Translations under genes and position numbers: made by a program
The notes under the pieces: model-generated
Databases searched by the model: none
Seen by the model: only the letters and a program-made list of their open reading frames with translations
What the model was told of the DNA's origin: nothing
Source of the DNA: Candidatus Thorarchaeota archaeon
Lineage (GTDB): Archaea; Asgardarchaeota; Thorarchaeia; Thorarchaeales; Thorarchaeaceae
Length of the DNA stretch: 64,000 nucleotides
Direction: 5' to 3'
Assembly: GCA_963726195.1 (NCBI GenBank)
Contig: CAVSBO010000003.1
Coordinates: forward strand, 852,089 to 916,088
Part shown: positions 42,895 to 54,552 of the stretch, one piece after another
How positions within the stretch are numbered: the stretch's first letter is position 1
Layout of the letters: each line of letters starts with the position of its first letter

Positions 42895-43317
42895 ATGACG
42901 AAGATAGCCATAAGCTCAACCGGTAACAACGTCGATTCCATTATCGATCCAAGGTTCACGCGCTGTAGTTACTTCGTGATAGTGGACACCGAGACAATGG
43001 ACTCTACAGCTGTGCCCAATCCAAGTGCACACGTGGCCGGTTGCGCCGGGATTGATGCGGCTCATGCTGTCTTGGCGGAGGAAGTGAACGCAGTCGTCAC
43101 GGGCCATATAGGACCTCATGCGATGGCAGCTCTCTCGGCCGCAGGAAAGCGCGTTCTTTCAGCCAACCCTGGCACAGTTAGGCAGGCCATAGATGCATTC
43201 ACGCGGGGAGATCTGATGCCAATCACAGATGCAGCTCAAGCCTTTGGAGGCGCACGCATGCGGGTGGGGATGGGGCACCAAGGACACGGTTATGGTAGAG
43301 GAGGACACTGGTCTTGA
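42895..43317 (+). CDS. NifB/NifX-family cluster-binding protein
   Basis: KIAISS...IDPRF.RC.YFVIVD...GHIGPHA; Gly-rich tail. Confidence 0.88.
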   Translation: MTKIAISSTGNNVDSIIDPRFTRCSYFVIVDTETMDSTAVPNPSAHVAGCAGIDAAHAVLAEEVNAVVTGHIGPHAMAALSAAGKRVLSANPGTVRQAIDAFTRGDLMPITDAAQAFGGARMRVGMGHQGHGYGRGGHWS

Positions 43318-43679
43318 AGCGAATAGTGATACCGACTGAGGATTCTGAAGGCAAGAAGCTAGCAGGTCATTTTGGGCACGCTGCATTCTTCGCTCTTTTG
43401 GAGCTCGATAATGCAAATCGCGTTGTGAGCAGGAAAACTGAGAGAAACACCGGGACTCATATGGGAGGTCAAGGTTTTGCCCACGATAATGTCTTGGCCC
43501 TGAAGCCTGATGCGATCATAGTGTCGGGCATGGGACCAAGAGGACTGACCACATTCCGGAGTCAGGGGATAGCGGTACTGCAGGCCAACAGCCTCTCCGT
43601 AGATGACATAGTCGCTGCTTACAGCGCAGGGAAACTGTACGAGCTGACAGAAGGGTGCCATGATGCCCATCATGAGTGA
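43314..43679 (+). CDS. NifB/NifX-family cluster-binding protein
   Basis: HFGHAAFF, SGMGPRG, C-terminal CHDAHHE. Confidence 0.88.
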   Translation: MKRIVIPTEDSEGKKLAGHFGHAAFFALLELDNANRVVSRKTERNTGTHMGGQGFAHDNVLALKPDAIIVSGMGPRGLTTFRSQGIAVLQANSLSVDDIVAAYSAGKLYELTEGCHDAHHE

Positions 43680-43835
43680 TGAGTTGATACAGAGAAAACA
43701 CCCCTCAGAACATTGAGAGCGGAACTGAACCGTAACTCCCCTGCCCTACCCTGTGACTGAATACTCACCGACTTCAGGTCATCCGGAAGCGTTTTCACAG
43801 TCCGAGCATACGCAATTGGCCGGAGCTGGAGATAG

Positions 43836-44663
43836 ATGGTCAAAGACGAGCCGCTCTATGGAGGATTCAGGAACGGGATTCCTTTCGTCCAATTTGGTCT
43901 GGGCACACAAGACCTTCTCTTGTTCTTCACAGGGCCAGGCAACGAACCGCCAAGAGGTACTGCCCTCGACATGGTGAGAAAGAGCTTGGGTATTCTCACG
44001 AGCCTCTACAGAATCCATGTAGTGACGCGAAAGTCCGACCTCAGTGAGGGATACACTACTCGCGATATGTCCAACGATTATGCAGAGATGATTGAAGAAT
44101 CATTCAATGGAAAGGTTGACCTCGTAATTGGGTTGGCTTACGGGGGGCTGATTGCGCAGCATTTCGCGGCCGACCATTCGGATCTCTTCGACCATATTGT
44201 GATTGCAATGGCGGCCCACAAATTGAGCCCAGAGGGAATGGAACTCCACGAGGAATTCGCAGACCTTCTCAGCCGAGGCAAACACGGAGATGCATACAAG
44301 GCGCTATCCAATGGAGTCTATGCTCCGGGAACCAAGAAGACAGCAGTCGGTTCTTCATCCTGGGATCCGGGTACTCCGATGCCAAAGTCGAAGCGAGAAT
44401 CTTTTGCATCCGACGTCCTCATTGAAGCAAATGCAGAGAAAGAACACGACTCGACACAGAGCCTTCCTAGAATCAAGGTGCCTGTGCTGATCATCTGTGG
44501 TGACAGGGACTTCTACTTCCCCATCGACTACGTCAGAGAAATGGAGCGCATGATACCGCAATCTATAGTGAGGGTGTACTCGGGAAGAGGTCACGACGCT
44601 TTTGGAGACAAAAGGTTCCCAGAAGATGTAACTCTCTTTGCGGGCGGAAGGCTCAAACCTTAG
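43836..44663 (+). CDS. Alpha/beta hydrolase fold protein
   Basis: VDLVIGLAYGG (Ala at the usual nucleophile Ser), PVLIICGDRD, GRGH. Confidence 0.8.
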   Translation: MVKDEPLYGGFRNGIPFVQFGLGTQDLLLFFTGPGNEPPRGTALDMVRKSLGILTSLYRIHVVTRKSDLSEGYTTRDMSNDYAEMIEESFNGKVDLVIGLAYGGLIAQHFAADHSDLFDHIVIAMAAHKLSPEGMELHEEFADLLSRGKHGDAYKALSNGVYAPGTKKTAVGSSSWDPGTPMPKSKRESFASDVLIEANAEKEHDSTQSLPRIKVPVLIICGDRDFYFPIDYVREMERMIPQSIVRVYSGRGHDAFGDKRFPEDVTLFAGGRLKP

Positions 44664-44692
44664 TCTATGATTGAATAGGAGTAGACCAGAGA

Positions 44693-45127
44693 ATGAACCG
44701 GCTTCTGCTTACTACCGCGGCCCGCGTGTGGCTCATGGAAACGCTGGTCTCGGGCTTCAACTTCTTTGTGCTCATGAATCTCATCTATGAACCGATGTGG
44801 GGTGCCCTCTTGGCTCATCAGATTGGAATGTTGACTCGGATCGTGTACATCTTCATCTTTGCCTACTTCCTGCTGCGATACGTTGGCAACTATGCTACCG
44901 TGGACCTCGTACATGTCGGCCTTCTGTGGCTGACGCTGGAAGAGATATTCGAATGGGTTGGCAGTCTGGCGACTGGGCGCTCGGTGGCTGAGATTCTAGT
45001 GGGCTGGAACATATTTGCAGGTTACATGTGGCTCTACGTCCTGGTTGCCTACACGTTCTCAAACCTCATCGTGGGCGTAGTTCTGCATCCGGGCAAGGTC
45101 CGGCAGTCACAGCCCGCCAGCTCCTGA
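44693..45127 (+). CDS. Hypothetical membrane protein
   Basis: Four hydrophobic segments. Confidence 0.6.
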   Translation: MNRLLLTTAARVWLMETLVSGFNFFVLMNLIYEPMWGALLAHQIGMLTRIVYIFIFAYFLLRYVGNYATVDLVHVGLLWLTLEEIFEWVGSLATGRSVAEILVGWNIFAGYMWLYVLVAYTFSNLIVGVVLHPGKVRQSQPASS

Positions 45128-45195
45128 GAGTGGTTCCATCCCACTCAACAATCCATTTATGCGGGTGCGGTGCTCCCCGCGGCTGGTATTGGACC

Positions 45196-46213
45196 ATGTT
45201 TGACCTGAGCACGATTGACCTCATTGGTTTGAGCATTTTCACAATTTCACTGCTTGTGCTAGCGTACGCTGAATATCGCAGAGACAGAAGACCGACTGCT
45301 GGAAAACCCAGTCCAAAGAAAGCTGCGAGCACAGAGCGTGTCGAACCAAGCACCGCCAGCGGCTTTGACAAGAAAGAGATGGAAGAAGAACAGACCGAAA
45401 TACGGATGGCTGATGAGGGTCCAAGACCCGCAGATATGACCAGGTCGAAGAGAGCAGCTCCCGACATGGAACGAATCCCGGCTTCGAAGGCCGAGATGGC
45501 ACCTCCATCTCCCAGTGCTGCAGGACCGCGGGCCGCTCCTCCCACGGTGAAAGATGTCGCAGAGCCAATTGAGAGAAAGGCCTCAATCACCTATTGGGAA
45601 AGGATGAGCCTCAAGGAGGAGTACGACCTTACTGTTTCCCTTCACAGACCCGAACTCATAATCGTAGGTCCTGCCGGTTCAACAACAAAGGAATCCGGAG
45701 ACCGTCTACCAGCTGCCGAGAGCAGGTCAAGTGAGGGTCGTTCCTGTTTGCAGCGGGTGCAACATCTCACCGAGCTTCAGAGACATCAAGGTCCAAGAGA
45801 TTGACAGCGAGACGAAAGCCGATTTCAAAGTGTTACCATTGACCACAGGTAGCTATGACCTAAGCGTGGAGTTCCAATCGGTCAGCCCAGAGGGATCCAT
45901 CAAGTCTCTTGGAGTGGAGAAGGTCAAGGTCACGATTCAGCAAAAGCCTATACAGCTGAATATCGGGGCCCACCAACTCGGAGTAGGGAGAAAAGTGCCA
46001 ACCATCTTCTCAATGTGCGGGAGCCTCTTCGGGTTCTCGTCGTTTATCTTCAATCGATTCGGAGTGAACTTGGAGCAGCAACTCCTCGGTTGGAGCGCAA
46101 CCGTTAGCACAGGATTTGCCGGAGCTATGATGATTCTCCTCGCGATTCTGTTGCTCGCGAGAGGGATTAAGCCCGTGATGACTGTAAAAGGTATCATACT
46201 CAAGCCCCGGTGA
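45196..46213 (+). CDS. Hypothetical membrane-anchored protein (one frameshift near 45700)
   Basis: N-terminal TM, Pro/Ala-rich linker, beta-rich domain, two C-terminal TMs; ORFs 45028-45804 and 45731-46213 overlap. Confidence 0.55.
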
Positions 46214-46224
46214 AGTGAAACTCC

Positions 46225-46656
46225 ATGCCAGAATCATTTGAAGTATCTGAGACAATTCCCGCTTCGCCTGCGGAAATCTATGCCGCATTCTTGGAGAGCC
46301 GCAAGCATAGTGCGATGACGGGTGCCAAAGCATCCGTGGACTCTGCCATCGGGGGTAAATTCACCGCGTGGGACGAGTACATCTCAGGAACTACCATCGC
46401 CCTAGAACCCAATCGCAGAATCAAGCGGAATTGGCGGACCACGGATTTTCCAACAGGAGCTCCAGACTCCCTGCTGGAGATACTCCTTGAGAAAGCACCC
46501 ACTGGGACAAAGATCACATTGAAACACACGAATATCCCGGACGGTCAAGCAGAGAGTTACAAGGACGGTTGGACAGAGTTCTATTTCCAGCCCATGAAAG
46601 CATATTTCGCAAACAAGCGGCCTCCCGAGGAGAAGGCTACCAAGACCAAGCATTGA
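46225..46656 (+). CDS. SRPBCC/AHSA1-domain protein
   Basis: GGKFTAWD..ISG...WRTTDFP...GWTEFYF. Confidence 0.88.
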   Translation: MPESFEVSETIPASPAEIYAAFLESRKHSAMTGAKASVDSAIGGKFTAWDEYISGTTIALEPNRRIKRNWRTTDFPTGAPDSLLEILLEKAPTGTKITLKHTNIPDGQAESYKDGWTEFYFQPMKAYFANKRPPEEKATKTKH

Positions 46657-46969
46657 TGCGTGTCTGTACATGGAAACGTAGGATAACGGGGTGTTCTAGA
46701 CAGATTCGAATCTCATCCCGCCCCAATGATCTCCTAGGATTCAGGCTCTGAACCCGTCGATAAGCCTACTCACCATCGAGAGGCGGAGAAACGAACCAAG
46801 GCGGGCTACGGCTGCCTTGACGAGCCGGTTCGCCTATCGGACCTTCAGGAGAGAACTGCATCCATGAGTAGTCGGTGGTTTTCTTTCCGGTCCAGCTCAT
46901 CAAAGAGAAAGAAAGAGGAGCCGGGTTATGTTCGGAAACCGACCTCATGGCCCGGTCCTCTCTAAGTGC

Positions 46970-49900
46970 CTATGTGCTAACAGAACGCCGCTTCATGAAG
47001 ACAATCGCAACGAGGAAGACAGCAACCCCTACGATGGCTACCCCTCCAATGACAAGCATCGCGGAACCGACACTGCCCACTGGTCCTGTAGTTGTGCCTG
47101 TGCTCGTGGCAGTTTCACTTGACTTCACCGTGTAGACTGTACTGAGTGGTCGCGACTGCGTTCGCAGCACCGTCCGAAGCATGGATGTAGTACAGTACTT
47201 GGACACCGGCGGTCTGGACAGATATTGTACAACGATAAATGGATCCTGAAACCAGAACCATTTGCATCGAAGCCCACGATGTGCCTCCGTTCGTGCTGTA
47301 GAACAGTGTCGCCTCTGCAACTCCGGTCAGAGCATCTGCTATTGATGCAGTCACTGTGACACTGTCGGAAGCCGTTGGCTCTGCGGGGGATACCTGAAGA
47401 CCCGAGATCGAGGGAGCCGTGGAGTCTACAACCATAGGATCCACATAGACATCGAATTGGTTAGCTCCATCCTTGTAGCTTGCCTTACTGCAGGTGATCT
47501 GTATCGTGAACTGAGTGGACTGATATGGCACCCTGACCCGATACACCCCGCCCCCGACTGTAGTCACAGTGCATGTCTGCAATCCAACCTTGGCAACAAC
47601 TGAAGCTCCTGTCACAGGATTCCCGTGTTGATCCTTGATTGCCATTGTAGCATCGATGAATGACTCATCCGCTGACAAGCCGCTGAAGCTGGACTTGGAG
47701 CTTTTGAGACTCAATCTGCGTAGGAATCGAGATGGACCCGCCGAGAGGAATGCTTGACTTTGGAAGCCAGATGCTCAGATAAGGTATTGCGATCCCGAGG
47801 TGGTCGTACAGCCACTCGTTCAGGTTGACCTCCATCAGTGTATAAGTTAGGACCGCACCAGAAAGCCAGAGGTTGACGGAGACATCGAACCCTGCTCTCG
47901 CAGTCATGACTATGTTCGACAGACTGCACTGAACATGAGGAGCCACTCGCGGAACTTGGCACCGAGGCCAAAATGGCGAAGCTTCTCTCGCTAACAAGAT
48001 TGATTTTGCTGAGAAGTGTCGTGCAGCCCGACCCAACAATATCGGCCGAGAGTACGTTCGAAACTTTCAGCAACGGCACAATATCGACAGACAGCCTGAC
48101 ACTTGCGAAGTCAGAGATTATGGGAATTGCGTCCAGAAGACTGATTTCGTAGTGTGTGAACTTACTGATGTACTGGGAAACGCCGGGTATGTCATACCTG
48201 AGGTCTAGAACATCCACACCGAGCAGGAGTCCCATAGAAGCGTCCCAGTGTTTCTGGAACAAGGTTGCAGTGCCGCTTAGTACACCCGTAAGAATACGTA
48301 GATAGTAGTCCATCTTGACAGCAAAGTCAATGCTCAGGGTCAGTCTCGGATTCGAAACCATCACATAGGTTGTGTAGTTCTCCCCCGAATGAACAGACTG
48401 CGGAGTCCCGGTATACATGTCGAAGGCAACCGAGCAGGCGACATTGAAAGAAGCTTTTGGAGTGAGTGTGAAGTTGACATCAGGTCCCGGCTCGAATGAC
48501 AGTCGGCCTTCCCATGCGAACTGATGATTAAGGAAAGCCAAGGAGTAATGCTGTGAACTAGTGACATAGCCTGCTGGGAAGTAAGCGGGAGGGTTGTCTG
48601 ACAAGATTAGCACAGTCGCACTCGACCTGAGTCCGCCTCGGTCTTGTGCAGAGACCGTCAGATTCACGACGCTGCCGCTCTGAGGCAGGCCGACAGCGGT
48701 GGCAAGTCTGCCTTGGACGATGTTGTAGTTCGGTTTGACGTTCGACGATACACCGTCTACGAAGAGAAGGAGCGTATTAATATCATAATTGCTATTCGGA
48801 TCGGTAACAAACGCATCGAGTGTCAATAACGATTCTGTGAATACCTCGCCATCAAGAGGTGCAATCACATTGATCTGCGGAGCTTGATTTGATATCTTAT
48901 CCACCACATATAGCAGTGCTCCCTCGTTGTTAGACGAGTAGATCTCTACGCTGGATACAAACAGCTTACAGTATACACCTCGGGTCTGTCCGATGCCTGA
49001 ACCGTAGGCGGCACTTGGATCGATTTGGCAGAACAGCCATGATGAAGAGCTTGGGCTCGTTCGCGGGTAGACTGAGTAGTTCCCAGGAAACATCTTGCCA
49101 GAAACGGTATTCACGGCGCTCCAATTTATGTGAGTGTCAGGCCACCATACGACGTCTCCACGCCATTCAGTCTCGAAGGAAGCGCCCCATACTGGAGCAT
49201 TGTCAATCGATACAGCAAATAACGGCGAAACCTTCCATCCCTTCTGGGCGACCCTTATCTCAGCCGGTCCGGTGGAATTATACCACGCCACACTTCTTAC
49301 CCTGATTTCACCGTACATGTTTAGATAGTTATACTTGTCATATAGACCCTCATAGTAAGGTGTTACCCAAGGATACAATATGGCATGATACAACCTAAGA
49401 GTGAAGGCATTGACAAGTCCTGACCCCCACCCGTAGTATCCGGAACCGATCGGCAGTACTTGGTCCCAATAGAACCACCATGTTTCGTTGACCCCGAGAT
49501 TTCCAAATCCATTGAGATCGCCCACATCCAGATACGTGCCGTATTCAGTACTCATGCTCTTGACTTCGCCAAACCAAACGGTCATCGAAGGGCCACTTGC
49601 TGATATCGGCCCCTTGACCTCGAACCATATTCTCACCTTGCCCCCCGGCTGCATCCAGGTGACCCAGTTACCTGAGACATCGCCAGTATAGTTCTGCCAA
49701 TAGATGTGAGTTATGTTTGGATCAGACTCAGATGCGATTACGAAGCCGTATGAATGGCTTGGAGCTTGCACCTTGTCTGCTTCCTTTCCCAGGAACTCAG
49801 GCAATGGAACGGGCACTCCGCCATTCAGTGAAACAGCGATTGGCGGGCCGCCTTGTTCAACTCTTGGAGTGCTCTCAGGGGTCTGCTGATTCCGAGAAGC

Positions 49901-50026
49901 ACTGCCTGTTTCTCTACTCTCAGTGTCGGGACCAGTATTAGAAACAAGAACTGGTACCGCTTGAGCCAATAGAACTACAACCAGAGACACAACCAGAATT
50001 CGTCTTGCTAGACTACTCACGACCAA
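46970..50026 (-). CDS. Large (~1000 aa) secreted, C-terminally anchored surface protein with Ig-like domains (3 frameshifts)
   Basis: Signal peptide; Ser/Thr/Val-rich beta domains (NQAPQINV, DSTAPSIS...YYIHASDGA); Thr-rich linker, TM and KRR tail. Confidence 0.7.
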
Positions 50027-50564
50027 TGCCTCCTAACACTGCTACCTAGGTGATGATCCTGAGCTATGGGATCTTGCGCGACGCTTTGTTCATTTGATTT
50101 CGAGCAACTGCATAAAAAACCTTTGGACAAGTTTCACAGCATTGCAGGACTCCCAAACCATAGATTTGTGAGGCCCTCTACAACGAATACAGGATCACAC
50201 CCGAGGAAAGGCGAGGAACCCTGAGAGCCGACTGCCATTCACCTGCTGCAATTCTCTCAGCTTGACATTCTTCGACAGCTCGTGCTTAATGGGGCTACGG
50301 GTTTCACCTATTGTCAGATGGTTGGGCTATGTATTCGGACCAAGAAACGTAAGCTGTCTGCTAGTAGCGTACTGCGAAGACGGACGGCCAACAGTCTAGA
50401 CCTATCTACGGGCATACTGAACACAGAAGAGCTAAGACTACCCTGTACTGTCATTCGATGCTTGGGAGCATAGCTCGATGGCGCTCCCACTTCCATCGAT
50501 GGTTTCGCTATACTTATGAGAATCAGAACCCCAGAAGTCTGGACAAACAGTCGGTTGGTTCCCA

Positions 50565-51437
50565 ATGAGTGAGATTGTTCCAAGGCCTCTCCTGAAGTGG
50601 GCGGGCGGCAAGGGTCAGATTCTAGACGAAATAGACAACAACATGCCCTTGCACTTCGAGCGCTACTTCGAGCCCTTCGTGGGAGGTGGGGCCGTGTTCT
50701 TTCATCTCTACCGCAAAGGCTTCCGTGGGAAAGCTTTCCTCTCGGATCTCAACGAGGAACTGATGATTACGTACAAGACCGTCAAAGATTCGGTCGAGAA
50801 ACTGATAGCGGAACTACAAAGTGGCACCTACAAGTCCGACAATGATACATTCTACACCATTCGAGCATGGGACAAAGAGGCGGACTGGGGCAAGACCGAT
50901 CCGGTGCGACGAACGGCACGTACAATCTACCTGAACAAGACTTGTTTCAACGGCCTGTATCGAGTGAATCGTACTGGGAACTTCAACGTCCCATTTGGTC
51001 GCTACAAGAACCCGACCATATGCAACGAGGAAAATCTACGTGCAGTCAGTGAGTCATTGCAGATCGCTGAGCTAGCCGGTACTGATTTTGAGGACGCAGT
51101 CCGTACCGCGAAGAGAGGAGACTTCGTATACTTTGACCCACCTTATCAACCGCTAAGTGGTACTGCGTACTTCACGGAGTACACAGCAGAAGGCTTTGGA
51201 GAACAGGAACAAAACCGGCTAGCTCAAGTGTTCCGAGAGTTGCATGAACGAGGGTGTCTCCTACTCCAGAGCAATTCCTCACACAAGTCTATCTTCAACC
51301 TCTACTCGGATGCTGACTTCATCATCGAATCGGTGAAAGCGAAACGTGCCATAAGCTGCGATCCCAACACACGCGGAGAGATCGATGAGCTGCTGATTCG
51401 CAACTATAGTGAAACCCGACAACAGAAACTCGTCTAG
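50565..51437 (+). CDS. dam: Dam/DpnM-family DNA adenine methyltransferase
   Basis: LKWAGGK, YFEPFVGGGAV, FNGLYRVN...FNVPFG, YFDPPY. Confidence 0.93.
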   Translation: MSEIVPRPLLKWAGGKGQILDEIDNNMPLHFERYFEPFVGGGAVFFHLYRKGFRGKAFLSDLNEELMITYKTVKDSVEKLIAELQSGTYKSDNDTFYTIRAWDKEADWGKTDPVRRTARTIYLNKTCFNGLYRVNRTGNFNVPFGRYKNPTICNEENLRAVSESLQIAELAGTDFEDAVRTAKRGDFVYFDPPYQPLSGTAYFTEYTAEGFGEQEQNRLAQVFRELHERGCLLLQSNSSHKSIFNLYSDADFIIESVKAKRAISCDPNTRGEIDELLIRNYSETRQQKLV

Positions 51438-51467
51438 TGGCTGGACAATGACAACCAACAAACGTAG

Positions 51468-52981
51468 CTACGAACAGACCGTGTCTTTCTTCTGATAGAC
51501 CAAGAGTATCTCGTGCGCTATCTGCAGGTCCTGCATCAGATCCGGCGTTTTCTCAGGCGGTTCGCGAGCCAACACAATGATCTCGCGGAGGCTGAAAGCT
51601 TCTCCCGGAATCCTCCATGTCTCCAGTGCGGGGCTGATCGTCTCGCCGCCGATCTTCACATCCTTGGTCCTTATCACCAAGTGTCCTGCTGGATTGATAA
51701 GCGGCGATGCGACGTCAACCAAGTGCTTGACCAGCTGGACATAATCGCCTAAATCGCATTTGCTTGAATCAAATCCCTGCCCTGTCTTGAAGTACACAAG
51801 ATCATGACTATGGCGAGCATCTGATACACGAGAATCAGGCTGTTTGCAGGGTTGCACCAGCAGAGCGGGGCCCTTGTTGCCGTATCGGTTTATCACATTT
51901 GCATCGACGAGCCTCTTCGAATGTCTCGGAAGGAAATATCCAAGTCGTTTTGCATTCCATTGTCTCAGGCGGCCTTGGCATGTCGACTTCATGGCTGGCA
52001 AGAGCCTGTATTCCCGCCGAACCAGGTCTCACAGTGGTCGCCTCAGCACTAGGCTTGACAAACACGGGCAGATACTCCTGAGCAAGAAGGAGAAAATTGT
52101 GCTTGATGCTTGATGAATACCAGAACCCGTCTGTCCTGCAGTTGTGCTGTCGCTTGATTATCAAATCCTTCAATCTGAAACCTTGGTTGATGAATACCTC
52201 GATTGTACGAAAACCGATTGGCACTACATGCTTGTTCTTTCTGGTATCACCAATCAACATGGCACAGATTCCTCCGGTCTTGAGCACTCGAAGGCATTCT
52301 TGGGCGACGGTTTTCATGTCATCAACGAAAGTGTCAACATCATGAAACGAAATGTCCGCGGGGTGTCCCTCAGTGTAGTGGACAATATCTGCGTAGGGAG
52401 GGTGTGTGCAGACGAGATCTACTGAACCGTCATCTATTCCGACAAGGCTGCGCGCATCACCAGTATCGACCACGGGTTCATAGAGCTTCGAGTTGTCTGT
52501 TGTGTCATCGAGAGTGTCTTGCCTTTCGAATTCGAAAGCCAGATTCTGGCGTGCTAGTGTCACAGCGGCAGGATTAATGTCCCTCGCAATGCATCGCCTG
52601 CCAAGCAGACTTCGCTTCGACTGCAGTTGTTCCTGCACCGCAAAACTGATCCAAGACCAAGGCACCGGGTGAGGAGTATCTCAGTATCACGTTCCTCGGG
52701 ATGTAGGGCGACCAGTTGCCCCGGTAGTCGCCACTGTGTGTGGCCCACTTGCCACGGTTCTTGAAACTCCAGACCGTCGTTGACTCTATCGTGAATCCCT
52801 TCGGAACCAGGGTCCCCACGGTTCGTTTTGAAGAGAAGAGGTTGAGATTGGCGCCAGTTCCATGGACGACCGCTCTCTCGATTTCCCTGAGACCAACTGA
52901 GAATTGCTTCATGATTGCCTGATCTGAAACACCTTGCAGTTTTGCTTGGTATATGGCATCGAGGTCTCTTTCAGTCGTCAC
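51468..52981 (-). CDS. N4/N6 DNA methyltransferase with a degenerate second MTase-like domain (two frameshifts)
   Basis: TTVWSF..RG.WATH..YRGNW, DQFCGAGTT, THPPY, EYLPVF; C-terminal repeat TTWIFP...LREIIVL...HEILLVY. Confidence 0.85.
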
Positions 52982-53197
52982 ATCGATCTCCTTGTCTTAA
53001 CAATCAGTTAGGAGAACCCTACTTTAGCACCACGGTAAGACACATGTAGTGATCAGGATGAAACAATACTCTTCAGCGGAAACAAGCAGAACGGGAGAAG
53101 TTTATAGGGCCCTCATGAAAATGAGAACGGGCCTGCCCCATTGCAGCGACTACGGCACTGGGAAGATCTGCCCGGGAGTGCAGAGACTACGCTCGGC

Positions 53198-54552
53198 CTA
53201 GTCCATGAGGCCGCCTCCGCCATGGCCACTCTCCGCATATGCACTGGTCCACCCAGTCCGGCCCTTTATCGATATGGATTTTGGGGCTTCGAATGGGACA
53301 AATGCATGGCTTCTGGGGTCGCAGGCCTCTTCAAGGATGCAGACTCCTCCAAACGTGCATAGAAGATTCTTCTCTAGTTCCAGCTCTGCCGCCACTCATG
53401 GGTAGAAGTTTCTGCTCGACCTGACATGGAAGTGAGAACGATTCAATGCTAACACTACCTCGAAATTCATTTGGTCTGCATACCCTACATTTCTTGAGAC
53501 GACCGCCAAAATAGTAGAACGTATGACCCTGTTCGCAGTTGTACTTGGCCAGAATATCCTTGCAGTAGTCACTGCCAATCCGATAAAGCAGCCAATCCAT
53601 TTCACAGGGTGAAGAAGGCGCTGTGGACGGATTTAAGTGCCTCCAGTCTTCCCAAACCTGTTCTCCAAGTCCGGCGCTTCTCTCATCGATGTAGGTGTAT
53701 TGATGACAGAAGATGTCCAGAAAGCTGGAAAGCAAAGGGATCTCCGTGCGGAGAATCCGTGTCCGAAGGGCTACTCTCATCGTGTTAACATCACTTGCCA
53801 CATCAATGGCATCATAATTATCGAGTTCTCTCCATACACCTAAATCCACCATATCACGGACGAACATGTTCGCCTTCTTGAGACCGTAGCCCATGTTTCT
53901 TTCATGCACTAATGCATCCCGAATTGCTTGGGCATCATTGTTGAAAGTCTCTGCCATCTGAAAGGCAGTAATGCCACGGCTCAGAAGAAAACTTGCCGCA
54001 TTCCTTGCAAAGTCGGCTCTCTTGTCAGTCTGTGATAATCCCGAGACATTCAGCAGCTTCAGAAATGCCTCAGGATTACCAGCTATTGTCTCTGCTTTGA
54101 AGCCCCCGGGATTCCGGGAGTATCTGTTGAATGGATCTTCAGGCAGCGCCCGGAAGTCTTGGTTCGCAGTGAAGAACCTTGCTTGGGAATATTCCTCTGG
54201 GGTTAATCCGTGTGTGTCGCGAGTAACCCTCAATATTCCGGTGCCATACGTTCCTATGGCGGTTTTGAGTAGTCGTGCAACAAGAGAAGTCTGAGCCAGA
54301 TCAATCTGCGCATTCAATATTGCCTTATGATTAGATTCCCAGAATTTGTGGAATTCCGAAAAGTACTGCATGTCCTCCTCTTCGAATTGCGTGACGCCCA
54401 AGCTCAGGATCTGTCTTGAAGAAGAACTCGTCCAGAAGTTCCAAGAATGAACGTGCAGCCTGCGACTCAATCGATTGGTCTGCATGACTTGCAAGGTCTC
54501 TGGAAATCTCAGAAAGAACCCGTTCAAGGAATGACCCAAAACTCACTTCCAT
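53198..54552 (-). CDS. HhH-GPD DNA glycosylase-like protein with Cys-rich C-terminus (frameshifted)
   Basis: MGYGLKKANMF (HhH) and DVASDVNTMRVALR (conserved Asp); ORFs 54331-54552, 53331-54539 and 53198-53395 join; ends GGGGLMD. Confidence 0.65.

Noticed and set aside
46703-46725. tRNA 3' end or att site (TTCGAATCTCATCCCGCCCCA)
   Set aside because: No T-stem pairing or matching acceptor 5' strand; it is just an AGATTCGAATCT palindrome.
46766-46871. SAM-I riboswitch or hammerhead ribozyme
   Set aside because: Only partial motifs (ATCGAGAG, GAAA, TTGACGA), wrong stem order, and it is not in a 5' UTR.
53129-53264. GC-rich structured RNA (GGGCC...GGCCC) after a TATA box, resembling tRNA or 5S
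   Set aside because: Half of it encodes the C-terminus of the glycosylase-like protein on the minus strand; no tRNA or 5S consensus.
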